Shown here: in pieces, positions 59,265 through 64,000 of the stretch
Numbering within the stretch: position 1 is the stretch's first letter
Layout: each line of letters opens with the position of its first letter
Assembly: GCA_002245135.1 (NCBI GenBank)
Contig: NGBS01000001.1
Coordinates: 372,001-436,000, forward strand
Source: Proteromonas lacertae
Taxonomy: Eukaryota
Direction of reading: 5' to 3'
DNA: 64,000 nt
Notes under the pieces: model-generated
The model's input: the letters and a program-made list of their open reading frames with translations, nothing else
Databases searched by the model: none
Told to the model about the DNA's origin: nothing
Made by a program: the position numbers and the translations under genes

Positions 59265-59732
59265 TGAATGTTTTTCATTTAATATTGATAATAAAGTGCT
59301 TGTCCATTCTTTTGATCTTTCTACTGTTTCTCTTTCCATAATCTATTAATGAAATAGCATAATTGTTTTTATAAAATACAACTGTAGTTGCTGTTAAATC
59401 AACCATTTCTTCTAAACCCACAACATAAATATCTGCCTATAAATAAATATATAATTTGTATTATACATCAGGTTCATTCTTAAGGGAACCTCTATAAATC
59501 CATGGTTTTAAGTCTTCTGTGATTTTCTTCCCGTTTGCATTCCACGTACTTGAAAATATTTTCAAATGCTCATATTCTGTATATTCTTCTTCATGCATTC
59601 TCATTTCTTTTTGAACCCACTCATTATCAAGATAATCCTCAATCTAAAGCATATTATTCCATTCTAATATACCATATTAACTTCATTTCTTTTGCTTTGG
59701 GATTTAGACACAGGACTATTCACATCAGTCAT
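57111..59732 (-). CDS. Inositol polyphosphate 5-phosphatase (OCRL/INPP5B-like)-PH-ArfGAP-ankyrin fusion
   Basis: TWNANG, GNKGGV, CSHLAA, WMGDLNYRI, PTYKY, PAWCDRI, SDHKPV. Two introns link in frame to PH (HEGYL...RWY) and ArfGAP (CADC-x16-CHNCSGTHR). The last exon stops at 57157 unless one extra A is removed. Confidence 0.8.
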
Positions 59733-59838
59733 CTCAATTTAACAGAAATCAAAAGATTCTTCTCAAGCCTATTTTTGAATCAAGCTTTTTTTTTTTTTTT
59801 TGTACAATCCCCAAACAATAGTAATACACAATAAAAAT

Positions 59839-61332
59839 TTAATAAACACTTGAAGATCCAGTCGTTCTAACACCACTACCATTTGATGTAACTGAACTCT
59901 CAGTCATCAAACTAGATCTACCTGTTGTGGTTGAATTGGTTGTCTCTGTAGCTTCATCATCATAATATCCATCACTTACATTCTTTATATCAGTAAAATT
60001 ACAACAACAAAACTTTGTTTTTGATATAACCAACAAAGATCTTCCATTTGCATTCCATATAGCATTTTTTAATCTCAAATCAGTTGGCAAGTCAGTAAAA
60101 CTCATAATATTATCATTCCATATATACAATCTATTATTACCAGTAACAATCACTAACGTATTATCAACTGGACTCCAACAATAGTTCATTATATTATTCA
60201 AGAATACTACTACGCTATATAGCGTTAATGTTGGTATATAGTAAATATATAGACAATTAGGAAATGCTTCACATTTATAAGCTATATATTCACCAGATAC
60301 ATTCCAACTACAGGAAGATACACCCATCTTATTAGCTGGATTTAAATTAGTAAGTTCTGGAATAATCGGTTGAGTTAATGATAATGGCGGTTCTACCAAT
60401 ATAAATTGATTGCCTTTATTAGTGGGTAGATTAATAACACTGTCTCCTAATTCCTTTTTCAATTGAATAATATCTTCTCTAGTAATTTCTTTATAGATTT
60501 TACCAGTATTGGTATTAATTGTTTGCACACATTCTACTTCAGTTATACAAGTCCAAGTATAATGATTTAAAAATCGTATTTTATTATCACAGCTTCCAAT
60601 TGCTAGGAATTCACTGCTTGGAGACCAACTTAATGATCTTACTCCTAAACTGTGTTTAAATGCTTCATATTTTGCCATTTTCTCACCAATCAATGAATAA
60701 ATATATACTGCATATGTTAATACAGAATCTGCTACAGCTATACATCTGATATTAGGAGAAAAACGGATCATTGTACAATCAGTTGTTTCTAGTTCAAATT
60801 GCTTTATTTCTGCCCAATAATCACAATATAATATAGTAATATAATCCTTATATTGATATCTTGTGGCAACTGCTATGAACTGATCATCTGATGAAAAATC
60901 TACACATTCTTTCAGATCTTTAGGATTTGGAATATAGTAAGATGACTGAGTAACTAATGACCAAAGATTAAGTTTCACATTATTCTCTGATATAGTCAAG
61001 ATATGTCTTCCATCTGGCGTCCATTTTGACAATGATACACCGGCCATACCTTCATTAATTACACAATCCCATGAAGGATCTTCTAATGAAAAAACTCTCG
61101 TTGATCTAGAAATGTGAGGTAAACCACACAATAAAAACAGAGAATCACTAGACCATTCTATATATTCAATATTTTCAGGACATGTGTATGTATAATATAT
61201 TTTCAATGATGGTACTTCACGAATTACTAAATTCTTATCGACTACTATAGCCAAGTATAAAGTATTTGGACTCCAACTGCATAGACCATTTGAGTGTTTA
61301 TAAAGTTGCGAGAATTCTATTTCACAATCCAT
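59839..61332 (-). CDS. WRAP73: WD-repeat protein WRAP73/WDR8, intronless
   Basis: FSQLYK...WSP, W.C.INEGMAG, WTPDGRHILT, LGVRSLSWSP..EFLAIGS.D, GVS...WN, PNCLYI. Confidence 0.85.
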   Translation of the reverse strand: MDCEIEFSQLYKHSNGLCSWSPNTLYLAIVVDKNLVIREVPSLKIYYTYTCPENIEYIEWSSDSLFLLCGLPHISRSTRVFSLEDPSWDCVINEGMAGVSLSKWTPDGRHILTISENNVKLNLWSLVTQSSYYIPNPKDLKECVDFSSDDQFIAVATRYQYKDYITILYCDYWAEIKQFELETTDCTMIRFSPNIRCIAVADSVLTYAVYIYSLIGEKMAKYEAFKHSLGVRSLSWSPSSEFLAIGSCDNKIRFLNHYTWTCITEVECVQTINTNTGKIYKEITREDIIQLKKELGDSVINLPTNKGNQFILVEPPLSLTQPIIPELTNLNPANKMGVSSCSWNVSGEYIAYKCEAFPNCLYIYYIPTLTLYSVVVFLNNIMNYCWSPVDNTLVIVTGNNRLYIWNDNIMSFTDLPTDLRLKNAIWNANGRSLLVISKTKFCCCNFTDIKNVSDGYYDDEATETTNSTTTGRSSLMTESSVTSNGSGVRTTGSSSVY

Positions 61333-61410
61333 AGAATTTAAACAATTAAAAAACAAAATTCAAATATGACTTGAGTCACACAAACCCCGCCATTTTTAAT
61401 AATCAAAAAA

Positions 61411-62350
61411 ATGGAGGAGAATACATTGCTAGCGTATGAAGTAAAAGAGAAAGTGCTAGTATTTTTTAAAAATATGTATTATGAAGCAAAAGTATATTGT
61501 AATATCTTAAATTACAGATTTTAAATATCAAAAAAGATGAAAAAGGTAATTTATATTTCATTCACTATCAAGGATGGGGTAAAAATTGGGATGAGTGGAT
61601 TGACGAAACAAGAATAGCAAAAAAGACTTTAGAGAATGAAAAGAAAAAAGAAGAAATAATAGAATATTTTATGTCAAGGACGTATATATTCACTGTTATA
61701 ATTAATTTCAATAGAGGAACAAAACCAGCTATAAATCTAAAACTCAAAGATAAGAAGTCTAATAAAATAAAAAAAGAAGAAAAAGAGAAGGAAAAAGAGA
61801 AAGAAAAGCAGGAGAGACAATCGAAATTCACTTTACCCTTTGGAATTAAATTAAGACTATCTACTGATTATGCTGTATGAAAGAGTTTAATATAATATAT
61901 TATATTTATAGAACATTGTTGAATCAAGATTATTGCATCCAATACCAAGGAAGCCTTGTGTAGATGATATATTGAATGAAGTATAATTTTATTTATGTTT
62001 ATCATATTAATTAGTTTGTTGAATCAAATAAACAGGGAGGAACAAGATTTATCGCTGACTTAGTAGAAGGATTGAAATCCTACTTCAATAAAGCATTACC
62101 ACTAATTCTACTCTATAAATCAGAAAGACATCAATATGAACAATTTCAAAACTCAATACCGTCATCTATATATGGAGCAGAACATTTTTTTAGATTATTT
62201 GTAAAGTTGCCTGAATTAATACAAAATTATAAAGGAATGACAAATAAAGAATTGCAATTGCTACTTAGAGCATTTTTAGACATTTTAAATTTTATTAATA
62301 AAAAAGAAGCGTATTTCATTACTAAATCTCAATACATTTCTTTAGATTGA
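61411..62350 (+). CDS. EAF3: MRG15/Eaf3 chromo-barrel plus MRG domain protein, 5 exons
   Basis: YEAK|ILN...YFIHYQGWGKNWDEWI, YFNKAL...LLY..ER.QY, YGAEHFFRLFVKLPEL. Confidence 0.92.
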
Positions 62351-62448
62351 TAAATATTGATAATATTATTGTGTTGTTGTTAAAAAAAACATATAATTTA
62401 TTGAAAAAAATCATTTCTTTACATTACATAAAAACATATAAATCACTA

Positions 62449-63152
62449 TTACAATTTCAAAGATTCTCTTGTAGCATCATCTAATGAAATATCATCATAA
62501 CCAGTAGCAACTAAATCTCTGTTTTGTAAAAGAACTAGAAAACGCAAACAAGGAACTGTATATCTAAGTAGTTGAACAATTGGAACAAGTAACTCTTCAT
62601 ACTATATTTATATATATTATTATTTCTCTCTATATATACATATTCATCATTCAAGGCATGAAACCATAATATAACAAAACATAACAGCGATAAAGATCCA
62701 GTTGAAATATAAAGCATAGATATAGGAGATGTTAGAGGCTACAACAAAAATATATCAATATTCAATATAAATACTTGTTGTGTCGATAGAAAATAAAGTA
62801 TGATTTCGATTAATAACGAGATTGTCAAGAATGCTTCACAATAAACAAACAGATTGTAATGAATTGGTCTATTATACTAATAATATAATAAAATACTTCC
62901 CACTCGAGTAAAACACCCACACAATCACTATGAAACTAAGAATAACTGTAAACAGGGAATATATGTTGTTGCATGATGAAAATTCGATCTAATTTTATTA
63001 CTAAGAATAGAAGTATATACTCTAGCAGATATTACCTTTATAAATTCAGATAAAGACATGTGTCCTCTTTAAATATATCATCCAAATGTATACCTTGGAG
63101 ATGGCAAATAAGAATAATTTATTGGTTTAACCATTTCATTAACAGGTTGCAT
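62449..63152 (-). CDS. Four-TM protein resembling a stand-alone voltage-sensor domain, 6 exons
   Basis: Spliced protein has four hydrophobic helices, acidic residues in helix 2 (CEAFLTISLLIEI) and spaced Arg in helix 4 (QLLRYTVPCLRFL). No pore domain. Confidence 0.5.
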
Positions 63153-63264
63153 TAAAAAAAGGAAATATTTTTTGATAATTACAAGCTTTATTTGATCAAA
63201 ATGAAATTACTATTTTTTGAAATAACTGAATAGAAACAAATATAAAACAGATACTAATAGTATT

Positions 63265-64000
63265 TTAATAGTTATATATTCCAAACATGCCAAATTCAAT
63301 TGCTTTTAACATTTTCTCTTTACATTTCTCATAAGTTTCATAAGGAGGTAAATCTATAGTAAAGAAACATGTATGAACTAAAGGTAGCATATCAGTACTT
63401 CCAATAAACATTCTTATTGTAAATTTTTCCTTCCAGACAGCTTGTATTGGTAATCTGTATGATCCAGTTGCAAAGTACAGCCATTTACTTTTTTCAATAT
63501 TAGATAATTCATGCTCAAATATATTCCAAAAGTTTTTAATTACCTGATCATTTTCTTCATAACCTTTATAAACTGTATTTGCTTTTATTATTTTTACATC
63601 TATTTCTGGCTTACCACACACCAAAAGCTCTAATTCTGGATAAGATATTGTGCTTAATACAGCAACTGGTATTACATCTAAGATACCTTTATGAATGTTT
63701 CTAATTTGACTTATAAACTGTCTCTTTCTTAAATTACAGAAACTCGCTATCATATCTGTATCTTTTGTAATTGTAAAGAAACAATTATCTACTGTTTTGT
63801 CAGATATTATTGGCTCTTCTGTTAGATGTGGTTTTATACTGAATTTCTTATGCAATCCTTTTAATCTCATTTCATCTTCAATTTTATCATTTAGACTCTT
63901 TTGTATATCTTTACATTTCTCAATTGATAGTTTATCATACATTGATATATCACTTTCAATCAACTCCAAATTTGGATCATATATTAATTTCCAAATAAAC
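63265..64000 (-). CDS. HECT-type E3 ubiquitin ligase, C-terminal part
   Basis: ELELLVCG, Y.GY...VIKNFW, FATGS.RLP, LPLVHTCFFTIDLPPY (catalytic Cys). Confidence 0.93.
   Translation of the reverse strand, partial: FIWKLIYDPNLELIESDISMYDKLSIEKCKDIQKSLNDKIEDEMRLKGLHKKFSIKPHLTEEPIISDKTVDNCFFTITKDTDMIASFCNLRKRQFISQIRNIHKGILDVIPVAVLSTISYPELELLVCGKPEIDVKIIKANTVYKGYEENDQVIKNFWNIFEHELSNIEKSKWLYFATGSYRLPIQAVWKEKFTIRMFIGSTDMLPLVHTCFFTIDLPPYETYEKCKEKMLKAIEFGMFGIYNY

Overview
AT-rich, gene-dense eukaryotic nuclear DNA with about 36 protein-coding genes, mostly split by very short GT-AG introns (roughly 22-45 nt), and one tRNA-Arg(ACG). Tiny introns, compact intergenic spacers and TGTT-rich elements after stop codons suggest a Blastocystis-like stramenopile gut protist (inference). 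Content: two tandem prominin-like genes, a lidless Hsp70, SND1, an ABC1 kinase, TAF2, an atypical MAPK, eIF5A, eL36, TYW1, two pseudokinases, PP1 inhibitor-3, RBX1, a kleisin, MORN3, SFT2, dynein LC8, glutathione synthetase, WRAP73, MRG15/Eaf3 and the end of a HECT ligase. Main signals: (1) one spliced ORF fusing an AKAP7-type 2H phosphoesterase to an intact RNA 3'-phosphate cyclase (RtcA); (2) two paralogous box C/D snoRNAs in the long SND1 intron with guides to neighbouring 18S sites; (3) several short U12-type introns (AT-AC, AT-AN); (4) an INPP5-PH-ArfGAP fusion; (5) single-base insertions breaking eIF5A and one prominin paralog, most likely assembly errors. All gene models were spliced by eye; no database searches were run.
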